Shown: in pieces, positions 43,420 through 54,946 of the stretch
Numbering within the stretch: the first letter of the stretch is position 1
Layout: every line of letters begins with the position of its first letter
Assembly (NCBI GenBank): GCA_963797685.1
Contig: CAWCQK010000001.1
Location: forward strand, 199,127 to 263,126
Source: an uncultured Chloroflexia bacterium
Lineage (GTDB): Bacteria > Chloroflexota > Limnocylindria > Limnocylindrales > CSP1-4
Length of the DNA stretch: 64,000 bases
Direction: 5' to 3'
Position numbers and translations under genes: made by a program
The notes under the pieces: model-generated
Databases searched by the model: none
What the model was told of the DNA's origin: nothing
What the model saw: the letters and a program-made list of their open reading frames with translations, nothing else

Positions 43420-45628
43420 TCAGGACGCGGCGGCCAGTTCCCCGCCCTCGACGACGACCGGCATGTCGTCATCGGCCTCGTAGACCGGGAGGCTGAAACC
43501 GAACTCGGCGCCCCCGGTCGGTCGCTGCCGGGCCCAGATCGTGCCGCCGAGCGCGTCCACGATCCGGCGACAGACGAACAGGCCGATCCCGGCGCCAGGC
43601 GCCTTGACGGCCGCGGCAGGGGCTCGGTAGTAGAGATCGAACAGCCGGTCGGCGGTCTCGGCGTCGAGACCTGGACCGTCGTCGAGGACGCGGATGATCA
43701 CGCCGTCGTCGCCGGCCTCGGCGACGATCTCGACGTTGGCCTCTGGACCGCCGTACTTGGTCGCGTTGCTCAACAGGTTGCGGATGACCTGGGCGACATA
43801 GCCGTCATGGCCACGGACCGTGGGCAGGCCGGGCTGGACCTTGATCGCGATCTCGGTGCCGAGCCAGAGCGACCGTTCGCGGTCGACGATCGAGGGCAGC
43901 ACGTGCTGGAGCAGGACGGGCTCGCCCCCGACGAGGTCCTCGCCGCGCTCGACGCGGGCCAGGACCAGCAGGTTCTCGATGAGCCGGTGGAGCCGCTCGG
44001 CTTCGGCGGCGATGTCGGTGATGAGGTCGCGCGTGATGTCGCGGTCGAGCCGGTCGCCCCGGGCGAGCAGGATCTGGCTGCCGCCGTAGATCGCGGTGAC
44101 GGGCGTGCGCAGCTCGTGCGACAGCATGCCGATGAATGTGTCGCGAAGATGGTCGGCCTCGATCCGGGCCGAGATGTCGGTCAGGACGGCGATCCGGGAC
44201 AGCTCGCCGCGGGACTCGAATGGGCTGACCGCGAAATCGACCGGGAAGCTTGTTCCGTCGCGCCGGCACGCCTCCCCGCTCCCGTGGTCCGCGTCCGCGG
44301 CCGCCGGGTCACGGCTCAGCAGGTCCGCCAGGCCGACCTCGCGGATCGTCTCCGGGTCGTAGCCGAGACTCTTCAGCGCCGGGCCGTTGGCGTAGCCGAC
44401 GTGTCCGTCCGGCTCGATCACGAGGAGGATGCCCGGGTGCGCCTCCAGTGCCGCCCGGAAGCGCGCCTCGCTCTCGAGCTGCGCCCGTGAGTAAGCGAGC
44501 TCATGGCTGGCATCCTCCAATTCGCTCTCGAGGACGCCCGTCTGGCGGATCGCCTCGCGGCGTTCGTCGGCGCGGGCCGCCTGGGCGGTGAGCAGGCGGA
44601 GGAGGACGAGATCGTCCTCGAGGAACAACGAGCCGGCGTCGGGGTAGACGATCAACCAGCCCTGCTGCGCGAGGTCGGATTCGATCGGGACCGCGATCGT
44701 GCCGGGCCCGGATCGCTCGTCGAGCTCCTCGGGGGTCGGCCCGTCATAGCGTGTGCCGATGGTCAATGTCGGCCGGCGGCTCACCAGCGACGATGCGGAC
44801 GATCGGCGGATCGCCGAGCGCGACGACGGCGGCAGGGCCGTTGGTGATCATCCGGGCCGACCGGGCGAGCGCGATCCAGACCGAATCGGGGTCTCCGTCC
44901 ACGGGCGCCGCGAGCAGGCTCTGACCGAGGTCGAAGGCGACCGCTCGCTGTTGCAACCGGCGCAGCTCGAGCGGCGGCAGGAACGCGGCCAGATAGCCGA
45001 TGCCGGCCGACAAGGCCATGAGCCGCGAGACGAAGGTCACGACCGGGTCCGTCACGCCGGTGCTGGAGGTGGCCGCCGACCCGGCGCCCGCGACCAGGAT
45101 CCCGCCGGCGAACAGGAACGTGGCGACCGCCGCGATCCGCAGTCGTGTCCGCGCGTACCCGACCCGGGTGCGGCTGGCGCGTTGGAGGAAGAACGCGGCG
45201 GCGGCCTCGATGGTGACGAAGTAGCCCACCACGAGCGCCGTCGTCAGGAGGTTGCCGCGCGTGCCGATCGCGACGCCCGCGACGGCCGCGACGAACCAGA
45301 CGAGGCTCGCGGTCGCGACCGTGCGCGAGACCGGCACGAAGTGGCGGGCCAGGCGGAGCGTGAAGTACGGCTGCAGAAGGAGGGCGACCGCCGACAGCGA
45401 GGTGATCCCCCGCGGTAGCGTCGGCCACAGCTTGGCCGCGATGGCGATGGCGAACAGGGCCACCACCGACGCGAACACGAGCATCAGGTCGCGGTGGACC
45501 GCCCGCGGCTGACGCAGGTAGCGCACCAGGACGACGACGAATATGAGGATGAAGGCCAGTTGGAGCGCGATATTGAAAGCGTCCACGAGTCCCTCGGCAC
45601 CTGCTCGACGCGGTCCCACGGACCGCAT
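43420..45628 (-). CDS. membrane-anchored GAF/PAS sensor histidine kinase; one apparent frame error near 44770
   Basis: N-terminal multi-TM sensor region (44744..45715 frame), then PAS (HPGILLVIEPDGHVGYANG...), HisKA (MLSHELRTP) and HATPase_c (N, G1, G2 boxes: NLLSNATKYG...DDGPGL...GAGIGL). No response regulator gene is adjacent. Confidence 0.7.
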
Positions 45629-45690
45629 CGGGATCGACCACTCGCGGCGACATTCGCCAGAGTCGGAACATATCCAGCGCCGGCCCATCA

Positions 45691-45711
45691 GGGACGTTGC
45701 GCCAGCGTCCC
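45691..45711. promoter_or_regulatory. hairpin / inverted repeat GGGACG-N9-CGTCCC upstream of the histidine kinase start
   Basis: Perfect 6-bp arms seen directly, about 65 nt 5' of the kinase start on the minus strand. Confidence 0.2.
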
Positions 45712-45846
45712 GCAATGCTACAACCGCATCACAACCCGACCGCCGTTTGACGGAATCGACCGGCTGCCCGATGGTGGGGTCCTAGTCGCAGGCGCCGGGC
45801 TCGCATTCGTCGGTCCGAAGCGCGCGATGGATCGGAACATCCACCC

Positions 45847-46134
45847 TTGGCTCGAACCACCTTCGCCGCGCCCGAAGCGCGCATCGTCGTCAGCAGCGAC
45901 GGCTATTTCGACGTCTACCCGTCCACCCCACGCGCGAACGGCGACAAGCCGGCGTACCGCGGCGTCCTCGCCGAGCTCGGCGCGGGGATCCGCGGCTCTG
46001 ACGACCGGCTCGCGGTCCGGCCCGGCTCGAGCGCCTTGTCGGAGGCCGTGACCGCGTGGGCCGCCGTCAACGGTGCGGCCGCTCTCAACGGTGATCTCGG
46101 CGGCGGCCGCGACGGCAACGAGGCCGCCGCGTGA
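45847..46134 (+). CDS. small hypothetical protein (95 aa, TTG start)
   Basis: Coding-like codon usage. Its stop overlaps the next ORF's start (ATGA). No recognised family. Confidence 0.3.
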   Translation: MARTTFAAPEARIVVSSDGYFDVYPSTPRANGDKPAYRGVLAELGAGIRGSDDRLAVRPGSSALSEAVTAWAAVNGAAALNGDLGGGRDGNEAAA

Positions 46135-46445
46135 AGCGTCGGAAGGTGACCTACCCGGTCGCCCGGACGCACACCAAGGGCGCCCCGAAGCCCGGCGCAG
46201 GTCCCGAGGCGCCGATGGTCAGACCGAACCTCGCGACGATCGATGTGACCGCCGGCGCCGGTCGCAAGGGCCTCGACATCGGCGGCCGGGTCCGGATCGC
46301 CGGGACCGGCCTCTACGCCGGCGAAGAAGCGGTGATCGTCCGGCTCATCGCCGGCGTCATCCCGGCCGCCACGGTGCGGACCGACGGCGGCGGGACGCGC
46401 TCTGTCCGGACGATCGACCTCGAGCCGGTCGTCGGGGCGCGCTGA
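46131..46445 (+). CDS. small basic hypothetical protein (104 aa)
   Basis: Translationally coupled to the previous ORF. Lys/Arg-rich N-terminus, then a Gly-rich beta-like region. Lies just upstream of the DEAD-box helicase. Confidence 0.3.
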   Translation: MKRRKVTYPVARTHTKGAPKPGAGPEAPMVRPNLATIDVTAGAGRKGLDIGGRVRIAGTGLYAGEEAVIVRLIAGVIPAATVRTDGGGTRSVRTIDLEPVVGAR

Positions 46446-46465
46446 CCGGACCAGCACCCACGACG

Positions 46466-48226
46466 ATGAAGCAGTCGGGCGACGGCGCCGCGGCCCCGGG
46501 CGGGTCGATCGTCGACGAGCCGGACGACGTCGCCGAGGCCGGGTTCGGCGGGCTCGACCTCGACGCCCGCCTGCTGCGCACGATCGCGGCCCTCGGCTAC
46601 GAGGAGCCGACGCCGATCCAGCGCGAGGCGATCCCGCCGCTGCTGGCAGGCCGAGACCTTCTCGCGGAGGCGCCGACCGGGACCGGCAAGACCGCCGCGT
46701 TCGCCCTGCCGATGCTCCAGCGCATCCCGCTCGGGACCGCCGGCGAAGGCCGCGCGTCCGCCCTGGTCCTCGTCCCGACGCGCGAGCTCGCGATGCAGGT
46801 CGCCGAGGCGCTGCACGCGTACGGTCGCGAGCTGGGCGCCCGGGTCCTGCCGGTCTACGGCGGGCAGCCGATCGGACAGCAGCTCCGCGGCCTCCGTCGG
46901 GGAGTCGACATCGTGGTCGCGACGCCCGGCCGGGCGGTCGACCATCTCAAGCGCGGGAGCCTGCGCTTCGACGAGGTCGCGGTCGTCATCCTCGACGAAG
47001 CTGATGAGATGCTCGACATGGGCTTCGCCGAGGACCTCGAGACGATCCTCGCCGCCACCCCACCGGAACGCCAGACCGCGCTCTTCTCGGCCACGATCTC
47101 GACGACGATCACCCGCATCGCCAGGAAGCACCTGCGCGAGCCGGCCAGGATCACCGTCCACGCCGAACGGGCGACCGAGGGCGGCGCCCCGCGGGTCAGG
47201 CAGGTCGCGTACGTCGTGCGGCGCACCGACAAGCTCGCGGCGCTGTGCCGGATCCTCGATGTCGAGGACCCGACCTCGACGCTCGTCTTCGCGCGGACGC
47301 GTGGCGAGGTGGACGACCTCGCCGAGGCCTTGAGCGCGCGCGGTCATGACGCGGGCGCGCTCCACGGCGGGCTCATCCAGGAGGCACGCGACCGGATGAT
47401 GGGCCGCTTCCGCGACGGCTCGCTGGACGTGCTCGTCGCGACGGACGTGGCGGCCCGCGGTCTCGACATCGAGCACGTCTCGCACGTGGTCAACTACGAC
47501 GTCCCGTCCGACCCCGACGCGTACGTGCATCGGATCGGGCGCACCGGACGGGCCGGCCGCGAGGGGGTCGCCATCACGCTCGTCGAGCCGCGCGAGCACC
47601 GGCTCCTGCGCAACATCGAGACGGCCACGCACACCAAGCTCGAGATCGCGCACATCCCGACGGTCGCCGACATGCGCGAACGCCGGACCGAGGTCCTGCG
47701 GGCGAACCTGCGCGAGGCGCTCCTCGGCGACGGATTCGATCGCTTCCGGGGCGTGCTCGAGCCTCTCACCGACGAATTCGACCTGGTCGACATCGCGCTG
47801 GCGGCCGTCAGCCTGATCGAGGGCGCCGGCTCGACCGAGGCCGACGAGGTCGAGCTCGCCTCACCGCCGTTGGTCGCCGGTCCGCCCCCGAGGACCTCAC
47901 GTCCGATGCCGCCACGCGGTGGCCCGCGGTCGCCCGGTCCGCGGTCCGGCGTCCCCTCGCACGGCGCGCCCGACCGCGCCGGACCCGGCGGACCGTGGGT
48001 CCGGCTGTTCGTCGGCGGCGGCCGACGCGCCGGCCTTCGACCGGGCGACCTGGTCGGGGCGATCACAAACGAGGCCCACGTCCCGGGCAGCGCGGTCGGG
48101 GCGATCCAGATCAACGACGGCTTCTCGCTCGTCGACGTCCAGGAGGCCGTGGCCGACCCTGTCGTCGCCGCGCTGCGTGAGGCCACCATCCGCGGACGGC
48201 GTCTCCAGGTCCGCCGCGACCGGTAG
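46466..48226 (+). CDS. DEAD-box ATP-dependent RNA helicase (DeaD/CshA-like) with a C-terminal DbpA-type RNA-binding domain
   Basis: Q motif, AxTGTGKT, PTRELA, DEAD (ILDEADEM), SAT, HRIGRTGRAG and a C-terminal RRM-like region (VRLFVGGG...GAIQINDGFSLVDV). Intact reading frame. Confidence 0.9.
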   Translation: MKQSGDGAAAPGGSIVDEPDDVAEAGFGGLDLDARLLRTIAALGYEEPTPIQREAIPPLLAGRDLLAEAPTGTGKTAAFALPMLQRIPLGTAGEGRASALVLVPTRELAMQVAEALHAYGRELGARVLPVYGGQPIGQQLRGLRRGVDIVVATPGRAVDHLKRGSLRFDEVAVVILDEADEMLDMGFAEDLETILAATPPERQTALFSATISTTITRIARKHLREPARITVHAERATEGGAPRVRQVAYVVRRTDKLAALCRILDVEDPTSTLVFARTRGEVDDLAEALSARGHDAGALHGGLIQEARDRMMGRFRDGSLDVLVATDVAARGLDIEHVSHVVNYDVPSDPDAYVHRIGRTGRAGREGVAITLVEPREHRLLRNIETATHTKLEIAHIPTVADMRERRTEVLRANLREALLGDGFDRFRGVLEPLTDEFDLVDIALAAVSLIEGAGSTEADEVELASPPLVAGPPPRTSRPMPPRGGPRSPGPRSGVPSHGAPDRAGPGGPWVRLFVGGGRRAGLRPGDLVGAITNEAHVPGSAVGAIQINDGFSLVDVQEAVADPVVAALREATIRGRRLQVRRDR

Positions 48227-48235
48227 GCTTGCGCG

Positions 48236-48745
48236 ATGCGCAAGGACGAGCTCTCGACGCTGTTCGACTACCTCTTCTGGATGCGTGACCAGGCGCTCGC
48301 GGCCGCCGCCACCATGAGCCCGGAGGAATACCTCGAGGTCGAGGCGGTCGGCCTCCGGGACCTGCGCGGGACGCTGGTCCACGAGCTCGATGTCGAACGC
48401 AGCTGGCGGATCCGGTTGCGCGATGGGACCCCGCATATCGACGGCGAGACCGAGCTCCAGCCGTCCGACTACCCGACCTTGGCGGCGCTGGCGGACGAGT
48501 GGCGGGCCGACGAGCTCGAGACGCGGGCGTACCTCGGCGGCCTGACCGATGAGCAGCTGGCCGCCGACAGCGACGTCGAAGGTCGCGTCGGCTACCCGCT
48601 CTCGGGCTATCTGCTCCACGTCGCGATCCACGGCATCGGCGAGTGCCAGGACGCACTCCTGCTGCTGTCTCGGGCCGGACACCCGGCAGGCCCGACGGCC
48701 ATCCTCGACTACCTGGACGCTCGGCACGAACGCGACGAGGCGTAG
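48236..48745 (+). CDS. DinB_2 / DinB-YfiT-like four-helix-bundle family protein
   Basis: 169 aa. His-rich metal triad pattern (H..., [18 protein letters not shown]). Confidence 0.6.
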   Translation: MRKDELSTLFDYLFWMRDQALAAAATMSPEEYLEVEAVGLRDLRGTLVHELDVERSWRIRLRDGTPHIDGETELQPSDYPTLAALADEWRADELETRAYLGGLTDEQLAADSDVEGRVGYPLSGYLLHVAIHGIGECQDALLLLSRAGHPAGPTAILDYLDARHERDEA

Positions 48746-48769
48746 CAGCGGCGTCCGCTGGCGCGTCCG

Positions 48770-50148
48770 GTGAGCGTGCTCCGCGCGTCCACCGATCTGG
48801 TCGGTCCCATCCGCGCATCGATCGATCGGGTCATCCCGCGTGGCGCGCTCGTCCTCACCGTCCTCTCGCTCGGCTACTTCGCGATCGGGATCGTGCGCAA
48901 CCGGGTCTTCGCGAACACGTATGGCGCAGGCGCCGAGCTTGACGCCTACAACGCGGCATTCCGGATCCCGGAGATCGCTCTCGACGTGCTGGTCGCAGCC
49001 GGCCTGACCGCCCCGTTCGTGCCGATCTTCAGCAGCCTCCGCCACGACACCGGCGACGATGGGGTCGCCAACGAGTTCGGCCGCACGGTCCTCACCGGGG
49101 CGGTCGCGGTCATGGCCGTGGCGAGCGTCCTGATCTTCCTCGCCGCGCCGTGGCTGGCCGACCGGATCGGGTCCGGCTTCGACCCGGCCACGCGCGAGCT
49201 GACCGTCGAGATGATGCGCATCAACTGTGTCGCGCAGGTCATGTTCGCGGCGTCGATCGCGCTCGGCGAGGTGCTCGTCGCCAACCGCCGGTTCGTGTTC
49301 TACGCGCTGGCACCGATCCTGTACACGACCGGGATCGTCGTGGCGACCGTGCTGTTCGCGGGACGGTACGGGATCATCGCCACGGCCTGGGGCGCGGTCG
49401 CCGGAGCGGTGGCGCATCTCGGCATCCGGGCGATCGGCACGCTGCGAACCTCGTTTCGGATCCGGCCCGGGTTCGCGATCCGGACCGCGGCCTTCGCCGA
49501 GTTCCTGCGACTGATGGTGCCGCGCATGGTGTCGCTGCCGATCGACCCGATCACCGCGGCCTGGTTCACCGTCCTCGCCACCGGTCTCGGGGTCGGGAGC
49601 GTCAGCGCCTACACCTTCGCCTCCGACTACCAGGTCCTGCCGGTCAGCCTGATCGGCGTGTCGTTCTCGCTGGCGATCTTTCCCACCCTGTCGGCTGCTT
49701 TCGCGGCCGGTGACGGGCGCTCGTTCCGTGCCGAGCTGGGGCGGAACCTGGTCGACCATCGCGATCCTGACCGGCCTCGCGGCGGTGGCGCTGTTCGTGC
49801 TGTCCGGCACGCTCGTCCAGGTGCTGCTCGGTGGCGGGCAAGTTCGGCCCGGACGACGTCGCGCGGACATCGGCCGTCGTGGCCGCCTTCGCACTGTCGG
49901 TGCCGTTCGATGCCCTCGCCTACCCGCTGTCGCGCGGGCTGTACGCGACGCACGACACGCTCCGCCAGGTCGTGGCCTCGTTCGCCGGGCTGGGCGCAGT
50001 CATCGTCGCCTCGAGCGCCCTGGTGCCGTCGGTCGGGATCCTGGCCATCCCGCTCGGCTACGCGGCCGGGATGATCGTCAAGGACATCCTGCTCGCGGTA
50101 TTCCTCGTCCCGCGTGTCCGCCGGATCGGGGTCAGCTCGCCGGCTTGA
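48770..50148 (+). CDS. murJ: lipid II flippase MurJ (MviN); 2 apparent frame errors near 49750-49830
   Basis: MOP/MATE-like 12-14 TM protein with MurJ motifs (AFRIPEIALDVLVAAGLTAPFVPIFSS..., ...SVSAYTFASDYQVLPVSLIGVSFSLAIFP...). The C-terminal part continues in the 49831..50148 frame. Confidence 0.7.
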
Positions 50149-51124
50149 CGACGACAGTCGGCACGACCGCGATGAACAGTCCGTCGCGGTCCGGGTAGTG
50201 GCCCTCGGGCCGCTTCCAGACGAGGTAGTTGCGGATCATCTCCGAGGTGTCCTGGAACGTTCCGGGCGGGTCGGACGGTCCCCAGATCGACGAGATGGTC
50301 GGATACCACGGGTCGTTGATGTACGTGCCCAGGATCGTGGCGTTCGAGAAGATCGCCGGATCGGCATCGGCCCGGAAGCCGGTCATCACCCAGGTGTGCG
50401 CCCCGCGCCAGGCCATCAGCAGGACCGGCGAGCCGGTCTTCTCGATCGCGCGGGCCGCGTCGCGCTCGGCGCCCTGGCGGGTCTTGTAGGCGCGGACCTG
50501 GTAGCCCTTCGCGCCGTACGCATCGAGCGCCTGGACCATCGCCGACGGCCCCCAATCGCCGTTATGGCTGTCGTCGTAGCTCTCCCACTCGTTGACGCGG
50601 CCCTGGAGCTCGTGCTGGAACGCGCTCGAGATGTTCCCGTGACCGAGGATGGCGAGCGCCATCTGGACACCGGCCGCGGCACACCACGTGTCCTTGATCT
50701 CGTGCGCGAAGACCGCCTTGTGGTCCTTGACGATGTCCACGTCGACCGGGACCCGCGGCGGCTTGGGGGTGGCGGTCGGGCTCGACTGCGGGGCGGGCTT
50801 GGGGGTCAGCGAAGGCCCGCTCGCGCCGGCTGGTGCGCTTGCGTCGGGTGACTCCGGCGGCTGGGTCGCGTCGGCGTCCGCGCCGTCGGACGCGTCCGCC
50901 GGATCGGTGACGAGGACGGTGGGCGCCTCGGAGCGTTCGGGCACCGGGCCTGCGATGAAGCGATCGACCTTGGCCACCGCCCGATCGAACAGCCGGCCCG
51001 TCCCCAGCACGTCGTTGGAGACCATCCCCACCCCGACGACGGCCACGACCAATGCGACCGACACGATCACGATCGGGCGGCGAAGGCGGCGACGGGCCCG
51101 CGGCTGGCGCGGCTCGGTGGTCAT
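50132..51124 (-). CDS. membrane-anchored secreted protein with a papain/C39-like putative cysteine-peptidase domain
   Basis: TM anchor (IVIVSVALVVAVVGVGMV), Pro/Ala-rich linker, then a domain with a Cys in a TWCAAAGVQMAL context and downstream His/Asp candidates. Confidence 0.4.
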   Translation of the reverse strand: MTTEPRQPRARRRLRRPIVIVSVALVVAVVGVGMVSNDVLGTGRLFDRAVAKVDRFIAGPVPERSEAPTVLVTDPADASDGADADATQPPESPDASAPAGASGPSLTPKPAPQSSPTATPKPPRVPVDVDIVKDHKAVFAHEIKDTWCAAAGVQMALAILGHGNISSAFQHELQGRVNEWESYDDSHNGDWGPSAMVQALDAYGAKGYQVRAYKTRQGAERDAARAIEKTGSPVLLMAWRGAHTWVMTGFRADADPAIFSNATILGTYINDPWYPTISSIWGPSDPPGTFQDTSEMIRNYLVWKRPEGHYPDRDGLFIAVVPTVVVKPAS

Positions 51125-51336
51125 CGGCTGGAGGTCACGATCCTCGGCTGGTCTCCGTGTGGCGCACTGGAGACGGCTCACCGTCCGCCCGCGTAACGGC
51201 GCCGCCCCGGTCCAGGAGCGGCGTCCGGCGCTCGTGCGGCTCGGCATGAGAGCATAGGCCCGTACGCCGGGAGACACCGCCGGCGCCATCCCGACGACCC
51301 GTCACATCGCGTCTCGAGCACCCAGGAGGTTTCCCG

Positions 51337-52525
51337 GTGGACCGCTTCGAGCCCAACCTGCGCATCCCCGGTCCGACCGGGCTGCCGCCCAGCGTCCGCG
51401 TCGCCGGCGGCCGTCAGATGATCAACCACCGCGGACCCGAGTTCGCCGCGATGCTGGCGCGGATCCTCGACGGCATCAAGCCGTTCTTCGGGACCACGGG
51501 CGACGTGGCGATGATCACCACCGCCGGCACGGGCGGGCTCGAGGCCGCGGTCGTCAACACGCTGTCCCCGGGCGACCGGGTGCTCGGCGTGTCGATCGGC
51601 TCGTTCGGCGACCGGTACGCGAAGATCGCCCGGACATACGGCGCGGACGTCACCAAGCTCGACGTCGAGTGGGGCCAGGCTGCCGACCCGGCCGTCCTGC
51701 GCGAGGAGCTCGGGCGGTCCGACTACAAGGCCGTGCTGCTGACCCACAACGAGACCTCGACCGGCGTGATGAACCCGATCCCGGAGCTCGCGGCGGTCAT
51801 CCACGAGGTCGCGCCGAACGCGCTGATCCTGGTCGACACGGTGTCGAGCCTCGGCGCGGTGCCCTTCCAGATGGACGCCTGGGGCGTCGACGTCGTCGTG
51901 ACCGGCTCGCAGAAGGCGTGGATGTCGGCGCCGGGTCTGGCGATGATCGCCGCGTCGCGAGCGGGCCTGGGCCGCGATGGAGACCGCGACGATGCCGCGC
52001 GTCTACCTCGACCTGCGCGCGCATCGCGACGCCCACCGGTCGGGCGAGACGCCGTTCACGCCGGCCATCGCGGTCGTCTACCAGGTCGACGAGGGCCTGC
52101 GGCTGATGGCCGCCGAAGGCGCAGACGGCATCTTTGCCCGGCACGAGGCATGTGCCGCGGCGACGCGGGCCGGGCTCACGGCGCTCGGGTTCGAGCTGTT
52201 CGCCGATCCGCGTCACGCGTCGAAGACCGTGACCGCGGCGGTCGTTCCCGACGACCTCGACTGGAAGGCGTTCAACGGCGAGATCAAGCGCCGCGGCGTC
52301 GTGCTGGCCGGCGGCCAGGGCAAGCTTGCCGGCAAGATCTTCCGGCTCGGCCACCTCGGCTCGGTGACGGTCGAGGAGATCCTGGGCGCCATGAGCACGC
52401 TCGAGATCGTCTCGATCGGATCCGGCCGACAGGTCCGCCCGGGGTCGGCCGTGGCTGCCGCCCAGGTCGCCGCGCTCGAGTCGCTGGGGATCGTCGCTCC
52501 GGCCGCCGCCGGGGCGGGTGCATGA
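51337..52525 (+). CDS. class V aminotransferase (serine-pyruvate/alanine-glyoxylate or phosphoserine aminotransferase-like); one apparent frame error near 51970
   Basis: AGGAGG RBS and GTG start. NHRGPEF, GTGGLEAAV, the PLP-Lys region (TGSQKAW) and a C-terminal domain in the 51977..52525 frame. Confidence 0.7.
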
Positions 52526-54110
52526 GGATCCTGGTCGCCGAGCAGGTCGCCCAGGAAGGCATCGAGCTCCTGCGGGCCAGCCACCAGGTCGATGAACGGA
52601 CGGGCCTGACGCCCGAGGAGCTTCGGACGATCCTGCCCGACTACGACGCGCTCATCGTCCGCAGCCAGGTCCAGGTCGATGCCGAGATGATCGCGGCAGG
52701 GACGCGGCTGGCGGTCATCGGCCGGGCGGGCGTCGGCGTCGACAACGTCGACCTCGACGCCGCGACGCGGGCCGGGATCGTGGTCGTCAACGCCCCGACC
52801 GGGAACACGATCGCGGCGGCGGAGCACACGCTCGCGCTGCTGTACGGCGTCGCCCGCCGGATCGCCGCCGCGGACGCCTCGGTCCGTCGCGGCGAGTGGA
52901 AGCGGGCCCAGTTCACCGGGCTCGAGCTGCGCGGCCGGACGCTCGGCATCGTCGGGCTGGGCAAGATCGGGCAGGCCATCGCGGTCCGCGCCCGGGCGAT
53001 GGAGATGGTCGTCCTCGGCGTCGATCCGTACGTCACGGCCGAGGCGGCTGCCAACCACGGCGTCGAGCTCGTCGGCGTTCGACGAGATGCTCGCCCGTGC
53101 GGACGTCGTCACCGTCCACGTCCCGCTGACCCGCGCGACACGCGGCCTCATCGGGCGCGAGGCGATCGCCCGGCTCAAGCCCGGGTCGATCGTGTTGAAC
53201 GTGGCCCGTGGCGGCGTCGTCGACGAGGCCGCCGCCGCCGAGGCACTGCAGTCCGGTCACCTCGGCGGTGCGGGGATCGACGTCTTCGAACAGGAGCCGC
53301 CGACCGGTTCGCCGCTGCTCGACGCACCGAACACGCTGCTGACGCCACACCTCGGGGCCTCGACCGCCGAGGCCCAGGTCGCTCGTCTCGGAGGAGGTCG
53401 CCGCGCAGGTCCTCGACGTGCTCGACGGCCGGAGCGCTCGCTACGCGGTCAACGCGCCGCTGCTCACCCCGGAGACGGCCAGGGCCCTCGCGCCGTACCT
53501 GCCGCTCGCCGAGATCCTCGGGACGCTTCTTCGCCCAGTTCTCGCGCGGCGGCGTTCGGACGCTGACGCTCGAGATCGCCGGCGAGCTGGCCGACTACGA
53601 CGCGACGCCGCTGACCGCCGCGGTCCTGCGCGGGCTGCTCGAGCATTCGATCACCGAGCGGGTCAACCTCGTCAATGCCGGCGCGCTGGCCAAGGCCCGC
53701 GGCATCACGGTCGTCGAGCGCAAGACCCCGGACGCGGGCTCGTTCGCGGCGCTCATCACCTTGTCGGGCGAGAGCGGTGGCCGGACGACGGTCGTAGCCG
53801 GGACGGTCGCCGGCGGCGAGCCGCGGATCACCCGCCTCGACGACTACCGCCTCGACATGGCACCCGCCGACAACATGCTGATCACCCGCCACCAGGACCG
53901 GCCTGGGACGGTCGGGCGGGTCGGTCTGATGCTCGGCGAGGCCGACATCAACATCAGCGCGATGCACCTGGCCCGGACCCGCCCACGCGAGGATGCGTTC
54001 ATGATCCTGGCCCTCGACGACGACGTGCCCGACGGCGGTGTCCGAGGCCATCCGGTCGCACGAGGCCGTCACGCGACCTGTGGATGATCCGCCTCGGGGG
54101 CGGACGCTGA
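52522..54110 (+). CDS. serA: D-3-phosphoglycerate dehydrogenase; at least 3 apparent frame errors
   Basis: MRILVAEQV..., NAD-binding GIVGLGKIGQAIA, catalytic (NVARGGVVDE...TPHLGAST), ASB domain and C-terminal ACT (NMLITRHQDRPGTVGRVGLMLGEADINISAMHLAR). Start overlaps the aminotransferase stop. Confidence 0.8.
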
Positions 54111-54932
54111 CCGGTCGCGACGCGCCGCTCGTCCCCGAGGGACTCGACGCGACGCTCGTCCTGGTCCGGCACGGCGAATCCACGTTCATCGAGGAGGGCC
54201 GGTTCCAGGGCCGCGCCGACGCGCCGCTTTCGGCGTTCGGCCGGCGCCAGGCGGCGCTGACCGCGGCCCGGCTCGCCAGCCCGCACGCCACGCCTGCCCT
54301 GCCGGTCCCGTCGGGCGAGCTGGTCGAGCTCGTCCACTCCCCGCTCGCCCGAGCGAGCCAGACGGCCGACGCCATCGAGACGGCCCTGGCGGCTGCGGGC
54401 GCGGTCCAGCGGCGAAGCCGACCGGATCCGGGCTTCGCGGAGATCGGCCAGGGTGAGTGGGAGGGACTGCATCGCGACGAGGTCCAGGCTCGCTACGGCG
54501 CCGAGCTCGCAGCATGGCGCCGGACTCCGCTGACCGACTGGGCGCCGGGTGGCGAGCCACTCCCCGACGTCGCGGCACGCGTCCGGCCGGCGCTCCAGGC
54601 GGTCCTTCGGGCGACTCGCCGACGGCCGCCCGCCCGGCACGCTCGATCGATCGCAGGTCGCCGGCTACCACGACCCGGTCGCGCCTCATCCGTGGTCGAT
54701 CGTGGTCGGTCACGACGGCGTGTTCAAGGTGGTGCTGCTGACGCTGTTCGACCTGCCGCTCGACCGCTTCTGGATGTGGTCGATGGATCCGTGCGGGATC
54801 ACCGTCGTCGAGCTCCGCGCCGGCCGGCCCGTCATGCGCGCGCACAACCTGACCGCCCACCTCGCGGGCGCGCAGGAGGACGAAGCGAAGACCGAACCCC
54901 CGGACGACCGAGGCGCCAGCGGCGCCCTCTGA
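54084..54932 (+). CDS. histidine phosphatase (phosphoglycerate-mutase-like) family protein; one apparent frame error near 54620
   Basis: RHG motif LVLVRHGESTFIEEGRFQGRADAPLS and a C-terminal His region (SIVVGHDGVFKVVLLTL) in the 54549..54932 frame. Confidence 0.6.
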
Positions 54933-54946
54933 CGCTCGGGTGGCGC

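Noticed and set aside
47897-49894. 665-aa minus-strand ORF antisense to the DinB_2 gene and murJ.
   Set aside because: Asp/Arg/Gly-rich low-complexity translation. Both sense-strand genes have strong family signal.
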